IMG/VR virus record: IMGVR_UViG_3300009104_001827
Coordinates: 147,118-211,117 of that record
Reading direction: 5' to 3' (one strand)
DNA: 64,000 nucleotides
The position numbers and the translations under genes were made by a program. This document shows positions 56,201 to 61,818 of this stretch, in pieces. The notes beneath the pieces are model-generated. The model saw nothing but the letters and a program-made list of their open reading frames with translations, had not been told where the DNA came from and made no database searches. Positions within the stretch are counted from its first letter, which is position 1; every line of letters begins with the position of its first letter.

Positions 56201-58039
56201 GTAGTCATAATCTACATTCGTTTTTGGTTGTCCATGATCTAAGCTCATCGAGCCCAGCGCCCCATGCCCGCCGACATACATATTGCCATTACTGAAAATT
56301 TGGGGCGTTACGAATTCGATTCTCTGCCGAGAAAGCACATCCTCGACCATCATGATATACTTGCCTAACTGTGTACTGCCCTTATTGGAGCCGGGGTGAA
56401 CACCCCCTCTTCTCCTCGCGTGAACATAGCCCCTCCTCATATAAAAAAATGGCGTAAGATCTCGATATTGAAAATGTAGAAGATCTCCCTCGGAGGCCAG
56501 GTCAGTATTAATATTGTTGGGGTTCAATATTCCCTGAAGATAACGATTTATGTCGGATCTGGATATTTGGGATGTAGAATATGTGCTAATCCCTGACGTG
56601 GAGCTGTAGGAGCTTAACTTTGTGGTCCTTCCAAAGGTGACCGCCAATCTAGGCTGCCCCCCATGATCCTTTCGGAGGGTTTTTGTATAAATAAATATAT
56701 CATATCCGCCATCTTGGTACGGGCCGCTTTCACTGCTGGCGCCAGAATACCATGACCGGCACTTATCCCTGCTATATCTTTTTAAGGGTTTTGCGAATTT
56801 CACCAATAAGTGACCGAAGATATTGGAAGACCCAGTAAAGTCTGCCATTCTTATGCGGCCCGCTTCTCGCTGTACGGGTTGGCCTGCTAGGTTTGTTTGG
56901 CCTTGGTACGAGCTATTATGGGCAAACTTTTTGATTTCAAATTTTTTCTCAGAGAAATATTTGTATATTGATGCAAGCGATGAATTTGGGCGATTAATTT
57001 GAGAGTCATACTTAACCCAATACTCATTAATCTCACCGCTTTCCGAACCGTACCATGGGGTTCTTTCGGAATTCCATGATCCGTTCGCATTAGAAGCGCT
57101 CGAGGGGTAAGTTTTAGCGGCCCCAACCTCTTTTTTGCACATGGCTAAGGAGGGAAATCCAATTAAATTAAACGTTTCCGTCCAGTTGGTTAAATCATCG
57201 ATGTTTGCCAGTCCAGATGGGGGATTATAGCTAACTATATCGCCAGGAAAATAAGTTAGGCCGGAATTCCACTGGCTAGACCCAGATATGTTGTCCTCGG
57301 CACTCATTTTTGCATCTAAAAAATCGAAGGAAGCCCCCATAACAGCATTAAGCGAAGTTGACGAAAATCCAAACCTCCTGTCGGGGAGCGCACTTATATC
57401 ATTGTCCCCAAACCCGTATTCAGGATAATCCACAATATATCTATCTATTATCTGCCCATCTTGCCCAGTTGCCGGTGAGGCCGTTCTTGCGGATCCGCCC
57501 CCAAAAGAAATTTCCGAAACGGGCCTTAATTGAATCGGGTTCTTAGATGAACCAGATTTGGGAATTAGACAAGAATAACACACTAGATATTTCATGTCAA
57601 TAAACTCTGATAAATTTAAACAAATTTCATTGTCGTGCATTATTCCTCCCGTCGCCCATTCACTCTTGGCATCAACCTCCCTCAAGCTCCCGGCCTCGCT
57701 AATTGAGTAGTCTTGTGCGAGTTCAGCGAAACTCTTAAAATAGGTATTAAAGTTTGCGTCAGATACTCCTGCTCCGGCACTCTTCAGGACGCAGACATAT
57801 AAATTAAATTGACTTGGTTTTGATCTAGATTTTCTATCCAAGAAATCGTCTGCGCCAGAGACCTTGTGAACAACCTGCCCCAAATCATAGTTTTTGTACG
57901 GCCTGAACCTTGCGTACCACACGGGGAGCGCCCCAGGAAGCCCAACCCTTGAAGCGCCGAAAAGTGTTCTTGTTGTCGATATGGTCGTGGGATCGGCAGA
58001 AAGAAAGTTTAAATTAAAATCTATGTTTACGCCACCCAT
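38270..58039 (-). CDS. Giant (6589 aa) fibre/adhesin with many CBM5/12-like modules, RCC1-like blades and galactose-binding-like domains
   Basis: Uninterrupted 19.8-kb ORF; about 15 W-x4/5-Y-x2-GD-x-V modules; RCC1-like repeats such as VEAGSDHILIRTASGKVFGVGDNS; Trp-rich. Confidence 0.85.
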   Translation of the reverse strand: MGGVNIDFNLNFLSADPTTISTTRTLFGASRVGLPGALPVWYARFRPYKNYDLGQVVHKVSGADDFLDRKSRSKPSQFNLYVCVLKSAGAGVSDANFNTYFKSFAELAQDYSISEAGSLREVDAKSEWATGGIMHDNEICLNLSEFIDMKYLVCYSCLIPKSGSSKNPIQLRPVSEISFGGGSARTASPATGQDGQIIDRYIVDYPEYGFGDNDISALPDRRFGFSSTSLNAVMGASFDFLDAKMSAEDNISGSSQWNSGLTYFPGDIVSYNPPSGLANIDDLTNWTETFNLIGFPSLAMCKKEVGAAKTYPSSASNANGSWNSERTPWYGSESGEINEYWVKYDSQINRPNSSLASIYKYFSEKKFEIKKFAHNSSYQGQTNLAGQPVQREAGRIRMADFTGSSNIFGHLLVKFAKPLKRYSRDKCRSWYSGASSESGPYQDGGYDIFIYTKTLRKDHGGQPRLAVTFGRTTKLSSYSSTSGISTYSTSQISRSDINRYLQGILNPNNINTDLASEGDLLHFQYRDLTPFFYMRRGYVHARRRGGVHPGSNKGSTQLGKYIMMVEDVLSRQRIEFVTPQIFSNGNMYVGGHGALGSMSLDHGQPKTNVDYDYELESSTQDQALTKLLSIKTITGSASVSGDNPCHYLILGNKLGRADQIENEGKKFINSHVDAAFLPILKRTDEMSDSEFSAALGLLQTGFKGFDGSKFKDLTADGNQVLSTTIDADTSQNLFEAKHFIDLGRSDLQQESIFSLTVDRTGNPQGNVQTLANIPEWNDTKEYSGGNMTRVPREDWWEVTTAIACDAWRQEKVYSEWVSPGNEHNTVYVYQDDGAKIYYKSLKNDNENFFPLHLNLFFKANVSMGASADNDPILNKEKWTRLSILSNTAISPLSMVTQITLYDGWVKIFKSSQTGLSTSPPNNKSGITLGLQWFNSLDGASGLGLMSERLYDIAPWDMEQAENYKVGDLVTLKEKTPTMVDPNSGESLTYQEWAGRYPTDENTNLLDSAEFLFLKADAAVASYCFQCIKDTDSPADPAGVGIVPGIFPKESASETAYFLSNLVEDLQYSRFRGKNLYAETTWLEITENEFTAERIDPNVDPANNDNRGRAYAQYYGLEELDGKFKIRQRDLFGSDNYSYDLTYENYYRIGDAVKMDDNEWRVKIKQFCYVSDATPLLDDNFVLEGNLQNSTVIEGLQYKADISGYVGKKIYEFPVSINSGTMSGFTSNYTLVIRPSEYWQPVARREFDLDRTYPSSEEIAAGVEPQYFLTEGDFDFIHKAEGSSEYAVSEAFNSRLDIFGPRLKTYDASGNNAKFWTPRIKYPTTHMIDTWVGGVPDADSPLFLASLDYVSVNYEDWNVDLRAEGDTLSSGDLPHPLNENNQDEDRHPAIRAFRGWVDSIDSDIDFNLDAGFNLDSRGVGDVNPIKFVKEDESYPPTIELTTEIYTGGNADTGHPNHGAIYDGGEISINSNQTIKLIPQLKGADGNNFTTYSGFISSMSNANVLGRYLRLPINTGDSYSDFGLTYAGIMESPYIRIGEPSQWLSNQAYSADEAVHDGTYVWQADTDIPAGQVPGVSESWVFVRPVEYASRIISESLLDSDSLLGGMNSKIEYQYDEVSHKNSSILKIENNGSNIGLLEQLGDKLQVMPKWKNISGPEGEIAPWTHDQSFDTGDFTKELNILYYARRASSGVQPSLFESMWQRVDEWKNNLPYELGDIVYAKERGVVWNSNEDSGSLPTQNELSQSNDVMVFYSCLDAHNASGEPAGGVSPSAENILDSTHGESEYLLRPFDNMSNIFTNSGLNINISFEMQAVDGQSYMSSTKELTLSLFSNENPGGTQRKDVDLFNYAFNSPTVLRGNLGFVSEFKLGNSFAGLQNTAILPMSVKITNVSGAAPDVDADTYLDVNNAVSKTYAVSAGLGWQNRFMISNNKLYASGMDSSELGYLGISNYKKIDGKPETYYGSNLEWNLDTFGKHNMCAPLKDAQDDELQRVKIYANGTTDTLLDPEPDIDFVRSGGGNTVFITTDKKLYGFGKNENNSLGITDKSFNSSSDDPEDWGDWSHDLIDAEDRFDLLSYANFNHAAGDPIASNKNDPHLAGWATYLTKDHNRANPAPQWERMAWATFPLDWFDKTSAEQDSYLHNNVTWIPEEELYPAGVTPWWASQEQLKIAGRILPWYDNINFWKEGGIECVGFDKPDNRGVPKVVNTHFILNSEDYIPFARQARSGAEGAYDVSFSLDGTSEYAKSLSTMMIKPAWEFYGGTDTDNSATKKREHFVVAGFEGSKERHMAGAAVQNDRGWMVPAWLFPYRDNAEISNKLTSWNGISWPHGKFQNLYPTSQWDDGDRFNTTREWGTPDWNERSWWGHDKKYNGAREAAPWTDNESISWFKEREHLGERWVSIENALPEDEPGISPKWEYIGWPDLDLPYGGSHKNHCVIDYFHDSKTMTVSGTECLALAMYRLKDRANYSYMDRPSQHSLNNNDDNNLRANCLKLAANRNAPAVPFPVKLTDDNVVWASTNEHSTIYVTEDGDVKILGSIIGCKDIPVQGLDFHSEATHGEVRRADNVMFHGGSDTFDSFGDLTVNELWQNDNWGLIHHMTDRDPDPFAGGEAVKYGSLIQGNIAYGETWEPYIEHIDYVNGQYVSYSGSLWSKIGDQGAGAHTFPGVIPGEWNSVSESITPLVTQDAASTNFDNLNNNYLHKYWPNTGPAYVATDSNGLNPDVKRIAEEDWGSIEFFGGNVIRQDGTTISDPSVGIAGSYRKVDLPSPTGGYPVYRHVANVDNLIWFYNGYWRASTATYYNSNEFDKQYAKGAVTTTVDKTPADVAVWSVLTQRESHKEINIYNTGVQFGGQYSSDSKKDTAWSVQPNGVLPATANDPLYPAAWIPNNLIPGNWLDAPEGSSWVGVWWSEQGGVPTLWPQATPVFYQAFHLDEGIDVSQVTVSFDFAVDNTMLDIQIHSEAGWHSINPDLVTGEEWETTSYLTNWDFNKSMLGYAGGNGHQYLFGWRPLFPDNWTANVWLWLEDHPDFVDNNGNPKYTTYWHDHARKSGEQQILPGVTKWGTFWGENNDRDGFGNTATSWFGASGSNLDEELRDHGMHYPAYEQLNQTTHYVAQTLELHLDNHGNRFEYLSNLLDKSYDYSRPNHPTTWDNSNKPSLSDLACMGVYNFAKVVIIQDNCSAWGSRQLGYDTEPGVMRSKYGGANYYWGLQSHVETGGLSGAARLHLVPWGYDYTPNTYGFGGHKDSGSLNPSVNEYVQLGTWNPDKLGGAGFTQWHQGSELSAERYGPNYPKPLTVGQKYEVRFFVSYRTAYSEPDVGAIIWAWEGGVPTATVDNLEAVQGGNLVNDYAGSGHQAIDVGDLGSGWTETKFTFVATHTSHSVEFICHTTSSDSTAFIYSVSCKPVTAAWYGGWFGELNSIDIGPQGIGASNIFRAGAGAAGNNALVMYVKNAGNVNNPAGLLVTNLTINAPLLLGYGAEIWTEDAEVKTEYRIQHRAGNGIGGAAGKLSTDMVTGILPYPLEDYEQKEDYAGYTWYGDQTDWDYYMNVWTDVADAREELYPWMTGEEYAKLHWAGPLTEADRATRYGAIRHKSTLERRTLAKSEWFRNKYVSQTYMRDWVEDPILGHTFLARASQAANNKLTSLGKTGGNWYYTAKYGQWIYITDAEKTKKEDGERFECFMSGIDIDFTEISSNAENYGVGNALFPVIDGEIVGKLAFTGTGTGWRKDSGIFFHIYVRPSSGIVLRTIKPEILTQGRWGVMYSPGKTTDARTAGDWSTIVQTRYGMISYNDHRVVWSILDDGPPDVRAYADGVAGETGTGYDQDKVMAASAWTWPENNGGGHHEDLDPPLVLAQGYHTFYMWEYDWGQPTGWGLLGDEGKFRYLLSAEIGGAAVNEEFHDSGDIVFHAGWILDNDAIYGSNLPGIGSWENHIKYSPRGFSGFFDYTAAAGMGEDPEYQGSTISKSSYNEGDIVTAQVADGDDLFGTLVFVSMKDDNTSDIGFSESLERVDGKKWSMPAPKAITKTYDLSTNSLADIEDEISSTTLTPEPHTLYDHEDYGSDKALQVEAGSDHILIRTASGKVFGVGDNSLQQIDWRNKTGGIESDFDLGDRLGRESGKGFYKLEGTAPSSLNPIYDPSWSAIEQPALPPEKWAYGKTYQPGSRVWIDHVSHVVYVGPGEGVEGTLLQEHLQISIPSITENGGLETLPPETLKSDWADTNKLGKWQKPDVEVLTFGSIGEAMHALVNQENGAGGTLGSTGLSGWFPLGKLGMMPNDGATHTFPSSEIKMPRTANFKLYKKAFGDTHFCTREIFIKPHLISHGNNNNQAVELDEIIAVAASGNNSLILSQSGNLFGTGENKISGSDRDEYEGRSLGNALGLESEFLDGPEFIFPNVEFISLQGDCATFISEGRSYKCGGVGLRPYLENYSFKGAPAVILDDASGREGEPIIAKQVFMDSFGFWSKPKRRIRKWPQFIDGKLCRKGSKDIRDKVLPEINRLADAWVSNKSYRTSLPSGHSQLLNGQPNTLFHHGYGSDMVAGSNADQAGSAFIGREPDFVTHKGTIYQCIKDHFFSFEPGSSLGELYWRESSASMINVNPIQYFYREWQLDRWATISYVNESGELFSKGFQVMYAPDSSGDIIGGKSYTSLRTNASTWADERISGWHLDLDHAGVGVTSQVDYGGSGTMYLYYGGQDNEYLGTAGSIFGESVNPFYGDSNTNIVNEKNLLDTEYIDFTHNLLGSFVSGSNAPTGITVTWTNMLSHVVSLAWGDASCGWGSLDPFAPSFIRDFNFKSWPTAGQLDLIDLFSNASEHGWNNYYFPGVVNHANNSQNPPDGMYNWWQVMGEMSVSQWAPALPTHHPRGALDAFKFMNRFTGDETYSWKPAGSISEVPDMATAGNEGEYHPDIKWPIYSKIERYSEAATDTWGLHSSFGDSLAYTFGYSIFGGNFNDRFNDDAWIVGDFDTTKAESSQFGVKDEPKNPRLTAASGRGSLTKILGLQTGALTQGCPEVIPDSVFSLLLQGHLEYRRINFPSTAMFGAWMCDPWSLPFGDKAHQSWKSQFSLLVGQENQGVGENVSWGWLDPNSNTMTKLGKYHNHGLVGDAISHDNYTFLKPGDRFNFGGTVYRMHWRVEEGQGGIEGGAPIPNGTYIAPDKDGAGAGKTGYSSMWSVDRLEKEHRWRTQIGIMHQTMELGQKWGGDPYKRFLRGYATSIGHSQIYTGFAEKIGGHCALAWADRGDKAGKVSLAVDYRNYSAGLDQRQPDNFSGLGEFDVFDVPGWNQRTSDNKETIELTDTQGYTFINREVPSPTYWQRYLPAGAEQLEGLDAGNGYSVWDWVFALNQLRQGWDWTQRLEVWIGVNFGSYPTFTLAGQVFSSGNQLPHRRQSQGAPHTAPGISNYEHWLAFLAQQGAGSLNRYAGFYKFPQRAVDFGFGPMTDVMEAYGQLKRHGMNNFTIGPDEAHSWRGRENQMDSYCSQSKRSSQYNELAVTDLTNIPVGECMNWLWENDISAGDIISIQDHRSPKRNRRLWRAYNDIPSGTIKYGDFPKAGTKFIQSWWTDLFQEILDWDSSTWYRHGDRVIYKGNLWLMPHDWAKDWGDWGDPATDNYNRGLGIRGDDTMPGTTGVWKSSIEDGAGTKPHWVIGNHHGGPDNQVSDGGTPGDGGCTSHNQGADQNPEKFALYSAKDMIENWKDRPYTARHNRELRFELAERFINAEEIDEYNPLASTIYAPEIIWAKDIELGKRYTVVFPGWDREWVNGELHETIDDWVDEFGEEWEEWTFDLPNGYWPTGAGDSIRQYMLNFASGTSELGLGIGELEHRGDSSFIAKKSGWNVLSADALWYGGQVGHDWGLFNVYNSIMFFHPWRMFDWRPTWGEYGRVSAADWETMTNGLPAMYRPYYASEPGTAAQPAGSGPLGESLYRSAYTNASLPHCAGDVILSDGDLFLAKNCGSHGVGAAWDTCAIYAFWHLGSYEPFPPPSESKSRWQEEYDDKISDGLSPTVLDPIYRNVPGESTMGGAEDHPMMWGDYRIATQADVDAGANSSINTPPTEVGDAFGKVDWSGAKKVTNQFLPDSSNGPMWLGEAYDQPLLRKKSWERLLRKLHPSLQMSGWGFGNNLEPGAWGGCQVRPYSPPGYYRGDLVKTQDGGVWKVWRFNEEGGSASGYGTGDDAPGGANNKWEYIGENGDSLGWLLTGAKGAFYSESYLDSGNKQELTKWYINAEAGSDNILKGSTDIYDSEDVSITCRGSKMFASRDAAINWVIRRAKEREKLGFSWYDHKTRKWVAGRNWLWENINLERIWDYGGWELSEGGKPEGAGDNADIYVTMTPRTQYYPGDRAWWKGELYECQAFLRLNSSDEFTTHLGAGTSYVVGASNPWNAYNPDGRWGGTPVGDSVFPYTNHSLPHVDGEHIPPWWVKSGGGTFKLPVVGFDDYDGSHDNSKHQGAAGVREGSNLAGTMSIFPNDYFDTQEEAEAFARNPQVASNYSDSNTFQPGGPYKGHPGFTDADLIEITTEYCDKYGAAGVDGDCEVIYIGGAAHSQCLARMRGICDSWEEKIGNALPGGTIIPNGELFLSILGSAKWKDSWEDTGNKVDTD

Positions 58040-58554
58040 TACTTGCTAAAAATTACCTTTGAATATTTATCGTCTATGGGTTCTATTTTTCCACCCATAA
58101 ACTTTAGCCATCTAATACCGAGGCTATTATCCGCCTCAACAATATTAACCAAATGATCAAATTCTTCCCCAAACAGCCAATCAAAATGCTCTCTGGATAT
58201 TCTCATAAATTCATATACTGCAAACATAGCTTTAAGGTTGCCAAATGACTTAAAAAAGTCGCTCTTAGATTTAATCATGTCCAGAGAATTCCTAGAGCCG
58301 AGCACCCAGACCTGACCTATGCGTTCTTGAGGGGAATGGGCGACCCCGGTGGAGCCGATATATGTTTCGTCTTTTAAGCAAAAGCTAATTGTTCGAATTG
58401 ATCTGTTGAAGGTTTCATAAACATGCTTTTCGTGGTTTGGCCACCCGAGATAATCCGAATGTCGCGAGTCCACGTTCCTTGGATTCAATGATAGCTCGAT
58501 AATATCTGAGTCGATGACATCCCTGACATAACCGTGTTTTCCTAATATTTTCAT
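58039..58554 (-). CDS. GNAT-fold acetyltransferase, DUF2833/T7 gp13-like
   Basis: GQVWVLGS, LVNIVEADNSLGIRWLKFMG; TAATG-coupled to the giant gene. Confidence 0.7.
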   Translation of the reverse strand: MKILGKHGYVRDVIDSDIIELSLNPRNVDSRHSDYLGWPNHEKHVYETFNRSIRTISFCLKDETYIGSTGVAHSPQERIGQVWVLGSRNSLDMIKSKSDFFKSFGNLKAMFAVYEFMRISREHFDWLFGEEFDHLVNIVEADNSLGIRWLKFMGGKIEPIDDKYSKVIFSK

Positions 58555-58573
58555 GCCTTTTTCCTATAGTTTA

Positions 58574-58611
58574 TACACTAAATAGTTATAGGTCCCAACA
58601 ATATAAGTGTA
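58574..58611. promoter_or_regulatory. Back-to-back GTGTA motifs at a divergent junction
   Basis: TACAC 58574-58578 (19 nt before ATG 58554) and GTGTA 58607-58611 (44 nt before ATG 58656). Confidence 0.55.
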
Positions 58612-58655
58612 AAGAAGTTAAGCGCGCATGGAGCGTCATATCATATAAAATAAAA

Positions 58656-59255
58656 ATGAGAATTTCGCACAAAAACAAATGGATCTTCCTGTCGTCATCC
58701 AGAACCGGCTCCACTTCTACTCGTAAAGCATTAGATAAATTTAGTGACATAAAGTCGGTGCATTATTCTAAATGCGAAGAAGAGCAAAATCCATTCTATA
58801 ACCATATAAGCTTAAGGGAGGTTCAATCTATATTCAAGCATGATAATATAGACTTCAAATCATACACAACATTTACTGCGGTACGCAATCCATGGGACAG
58901 GGCGTTATCTTTGTATTTTCACTCTCAACAAATTATGCATAATCCTGCCCCCACCGCATTTAGCGATTGGATAAAAAAAGTACAAGCCAGAGGCCCTTTA
59001 TATGGTCAAATTTACAACCAGTGCTTAGATGATAAAAATCAATATGCGATAGATTCTATAATCAGGTTTGAGCATATGCAAAAAGACTTCAATGTTGTTT
59101 GCGACAAAATAGGGATCTCAAGACAACAACTTCCACACGTAAATGCAACCAAACACAAACACTACACCGAATACTATAACTATGAAACCCATGAAATCGT
59201 TGCCGAAAAATACGCAAAAGATATTGAACATTTCGGATATGAATTTGGAGATTAA
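58656..59255 (+). CDS. Sulfotransferase family 2 protein
   Basis: ISHKNKWIFLSSSRTGSTS (5'-PSB), VRNPWDRALSLY (3'-PB), IIRFE. Confidence 0.85.
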   Translation: MRISHKNKWIFLSSSRTGSTSTRKALDKFSDIKSVHYSKCEEEQNPFYNHISLREVQSIFKHDNIDFKSYTTFTAVRNPWDRALSLYFHSQQIMHNPAPTAFSDWIKKVQARGPLYGQIYNQCLDDKNQYAIDSIIRFEHMQKDFNVVCDKIGISRQQLPHVNATKHKHYTEYYNYETHEIVAEKYAKDIEHFGYEFGD

Positions 59256-59257
59256 AA

Positions 59258-59842
59258 ATGATAAGTCACAAACATAAATTTATTTTTGTTCATATCAATA
59301 AAACTGGAGGTACGAGTATTGAAGTGTTATTAAAGAAGTATTCAAACAAATTTGAAAAACATCAATCAATTATTGACTTAAATAAAGAAGCATCTTCTAA
59401 CGATTATTTTAAATTCACTTTCGTAAGAAACAGTTGGGATAGATTCTTATCCTTGTACAAATACCGAATAAAAACAAACCAAACAAAGCTTGGTAGTAAT
59501 CCCATACCCTTTAAAGAATGGGCAAAACATATCTATGATAAGAACCCGAAATATTACAATACTCCTAACAAATTTAAACTTCTTATGTTATCAGATCAAC
59601 TTGACTGGATCACAGATGCAAATGGTAGTGTGAACATGGATTTCATCGGAAGATTTGAAAACCTCCAAGAAGACTTTAATATCGTGTGTGACAATATTGA
59701 AATTCCACATTCACAACTTCCACATATAAACAAAACTGAACACAAACATTATACCGAATATTACGATGAAGAAACAAAGCAAATCGTTGCCGAAACATAC
59801 GCAAAAGACATTGAGTATTTCGGATATAAATTTGGAGATTAA
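59258..59842 (+). CDS. Sulfotransferase family 2 protein
   Basis: FVHINKTGGTSI, VRNSWDRFLSLY, FIGRFENL. Confidence 0.88.
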   Translation: MISHKHKFIFVHINKTGGTSIEVLLKKYSNKFEKHQSIIDLNKEASSNDYFKFTFVRNSWDRFLSLYKYRIKTNQTKLGSNPIPFKEWAKHIYDKNPKYYNTPNKFKLLMLSDQLDWITDANGSVNMDFIGRFENLQEDFNIVCDNIEIPHSQLPHINKTEHKHYTEYYDEETKQIVAETYAKDIEYFGYKFGD

Positions 59843-60478
59843 ATGATTACTTTTATTCACATAGGAAAATGCGGCGGCACTACAATCAAAAGAACACTGA
59901 TAGATAATGCTGTTAAATTTAGGCATATTCACCTTAAACGTCCTGAGCATGAGCCTGACTCAAAATATCTTATTGCATTGAGAAATCCAGTAGAGCGTTT
60001 TATTTCAGCGTTCTATTGGCGCAGATTTTTATTACTCAGCGGTCAAGAAGCTGGAGGAAAAGAGCTAGAATTTTATAAAGAGTATAAAGATTTGAACAAC
60101 GTATGCGAGCATCTTTTTGACGAGAACAGCAACTTAAATCCATTGATTGACTCGAAAATTCACCAACATTATACATGCGGACACCCCTCTCATGTAGGCA
60201 TGGGCATCGATTATTATATTGGAGGCATAACAAGAGAACTGACTCCGAAAAATGTTTTTGGCGCGATATGCACTGAAACACTCTCTCAAGATATGAAAAG
60301 ACTGTTTGACGTTGAAGTTACCAGGCATGCTAGAAAAAATTCTGCGAACAAGTTAGAAACAACACAGCAATCAAGATTTCTCTTAAAGAAATATTTAGCA
60401 AAAGACTATCAATGTATTGATAAATTATATTTATCGAATATCTTATCCGAAGAGCAATACGAAATATTAAAAACATGA
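59843..60478 (+). CDS. Sulfotransferase family protein
   Basis: FIHIGKCGGTTI, LRNPVERFISAF. Confidence 0.82.
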   Translation: MITFIHIGKCGGTTIKRTLIDNAVKFRHIHLKRPEHEPDSKYLIALRNPVERFISAFYWRRFLLLSGQEAGGKELEFYKEYKDLNNVCEHLFDENSNLNPLIDSKIHQHYTCGHPSHVGMGIDYYIGGITRELTPKNVFGAICTETLSQDMKRLFDVEVTRHARKNSANKLETTQQSRFLLKKYLAKDYQCIDKLYLSNILSEEQYEILKT

Positions 60479-60484
60479 AAAAAA

Positions 60485-61816
60485 ATGATTAGCCATAAAC
60501 ATAAATATATATTTGTCCATATCCCTAAATGCGGAGGAAGCAGCACGGAACTATCCCTGCTTGAGGCGGAGGGCGTGGATTGTAGCGATGCCAACGAAAT
60601 AAACCAATTACCCGAAGATATACTGAGTACATATTTCATGAACAATGATCTTGCCATGGAACCCCAACACTATACGCTTGAAGAATATCCGGAGTATTTT
60701 CAAAAAGAATATTTTTGTTTTACAATAATAAGGAATCCGTGGGAGATTTGGGTTAGCGAGTACCATCACGAATTGAGGGTCAGGAAAAGACTGGGCAGAC
60801 CTAAAGTCACTTTTGAGGAGTTTATACGGAAGAATAAAGGCTTCAAGTATCACCTTCGAAGCCAAATGGATTTCATTAATCAAAACATGGACTATGTAGG
60901 TAGAATGGAGAGTATAGATTCTGACTTTATGGAAATATGCGACAAATTAGGTATTGACGCTCAGCTGAAACACAGAAACAAAGGAAAATACGAAAATCAT
61001 TACAGCGAATACTACAACGAAGGGATTCTATCTCTTATAAATTCACACAATTCCCTCCTAGGATCAACTGGAAAACTTGATGCGCAACTTATGGGGTACG
61101 AGAGTAATCCCGGCAATCCAAAGAGTGAAAACGAAGAAAATCCCCACGAAGCAACAATGGACAATGTCTTCTTTATTAATCTCGACAGTAGAAAAGACCG
61201 AAAAGAGCTCGTAGAGAATGAACTCAACGAGCTAAATTGGTCTTATGAGAGATTCCCCGGAACCAAAACTTCTGACGGAAGAATAGGGGCGACGATAAGC
61301 CACATAGGAGCGCTAGAGTTGGCTGCGGCGAGAGATCTGGATTACGCCGTAATTTTAGAGGATGATATCCACTTTAGGGATAAAGCTTTATTTTTGCGCC
61401 AGCTCAAAAAATGCCTAAAGGAGATCAATGACTTTGATGTATTACTTCTTGGGGGGCAGATTGGGCCAAAAGACGAGAGAATTACCGAATACGCGTTTAA
61501 ATTAAAACACTGCGTAACCGCAACGGGCTATATAGTTAACAAGCATTACTACAAGCGATTCCTTGAGCACTCGAAGAAAGGGCTTAATTTATTAATTGAA
61601 AACCCATCAGGGATCCGAAGTCAAAATCAATATGCATTTGATATTTATTGGTGGGAATTGCAGGAAAGGGATAAATGGTACATGGTCGCTCCCGCCTGCG
61701 TAGAACAAAGGGATGGATTTAGCGACATCAGAGAACAATATACTGACCACAGAAAATTATTCACAACCGCCTGGAAGGAGAAATCTCACCTAATTAATAC
61801 AAAGGGATATTGCTAA
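60485..61816 (+). CDS. Sulfotransferase-GT25 glycosyltransferase fusion
   Basis: N-half HIPKCGGSS and IRNPW; C-half FFINLDSRKDRK, GATISH, VILEDD, TGYIVN, QRDGFSDI. Confidence 0.85.
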   Translation: MISHKHKYIFVHIPKCGGSSTELSLLEAEGVDCSDANEINQLPEDILSTYFMNNDLAMEPQHYTLEEYPEYFQKEYFCFTIIRNPWEIWVSEYHHELRVRKRLGRPKVTFEEFIRKNKGFKYHLRSQMDFINQNMDYVGRMESIDSDFMEICDKLGIDAQLKHRNKGKYENHYSEYYNEGILSLINSHNSLLGSTGKLDAQLMGYESNPGNPKSENEENPHEATMDNVFFINLDSRKDRKELVENELNELNWSYERFPGTKTSDGRIGATISHIGALELAAARDLDYAVILEDDIHFRDKALFLRQLKKCLKEINDFDVLLLGGQIGPKDERITEYAFKLKHCVTATGYIVNKHYYKRFLEHSKKGLNLLIENPSGIRSQNQYAFDIYWWELQERDKWYMVAPACVEQRDGFSDIREQYTDHRKLFTTAWKEKSHLINTKGYC

Positions 61817-61818
61817 TT

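Noticed and set aside
39985-57546. Many 60-225 aa ORFs antisense or off-frame within the giant gene, and similar shadows over capsid, clpC and dnaE
   Set aside because: No recognisable motifs or start signals; expected shadows of long coding frames.
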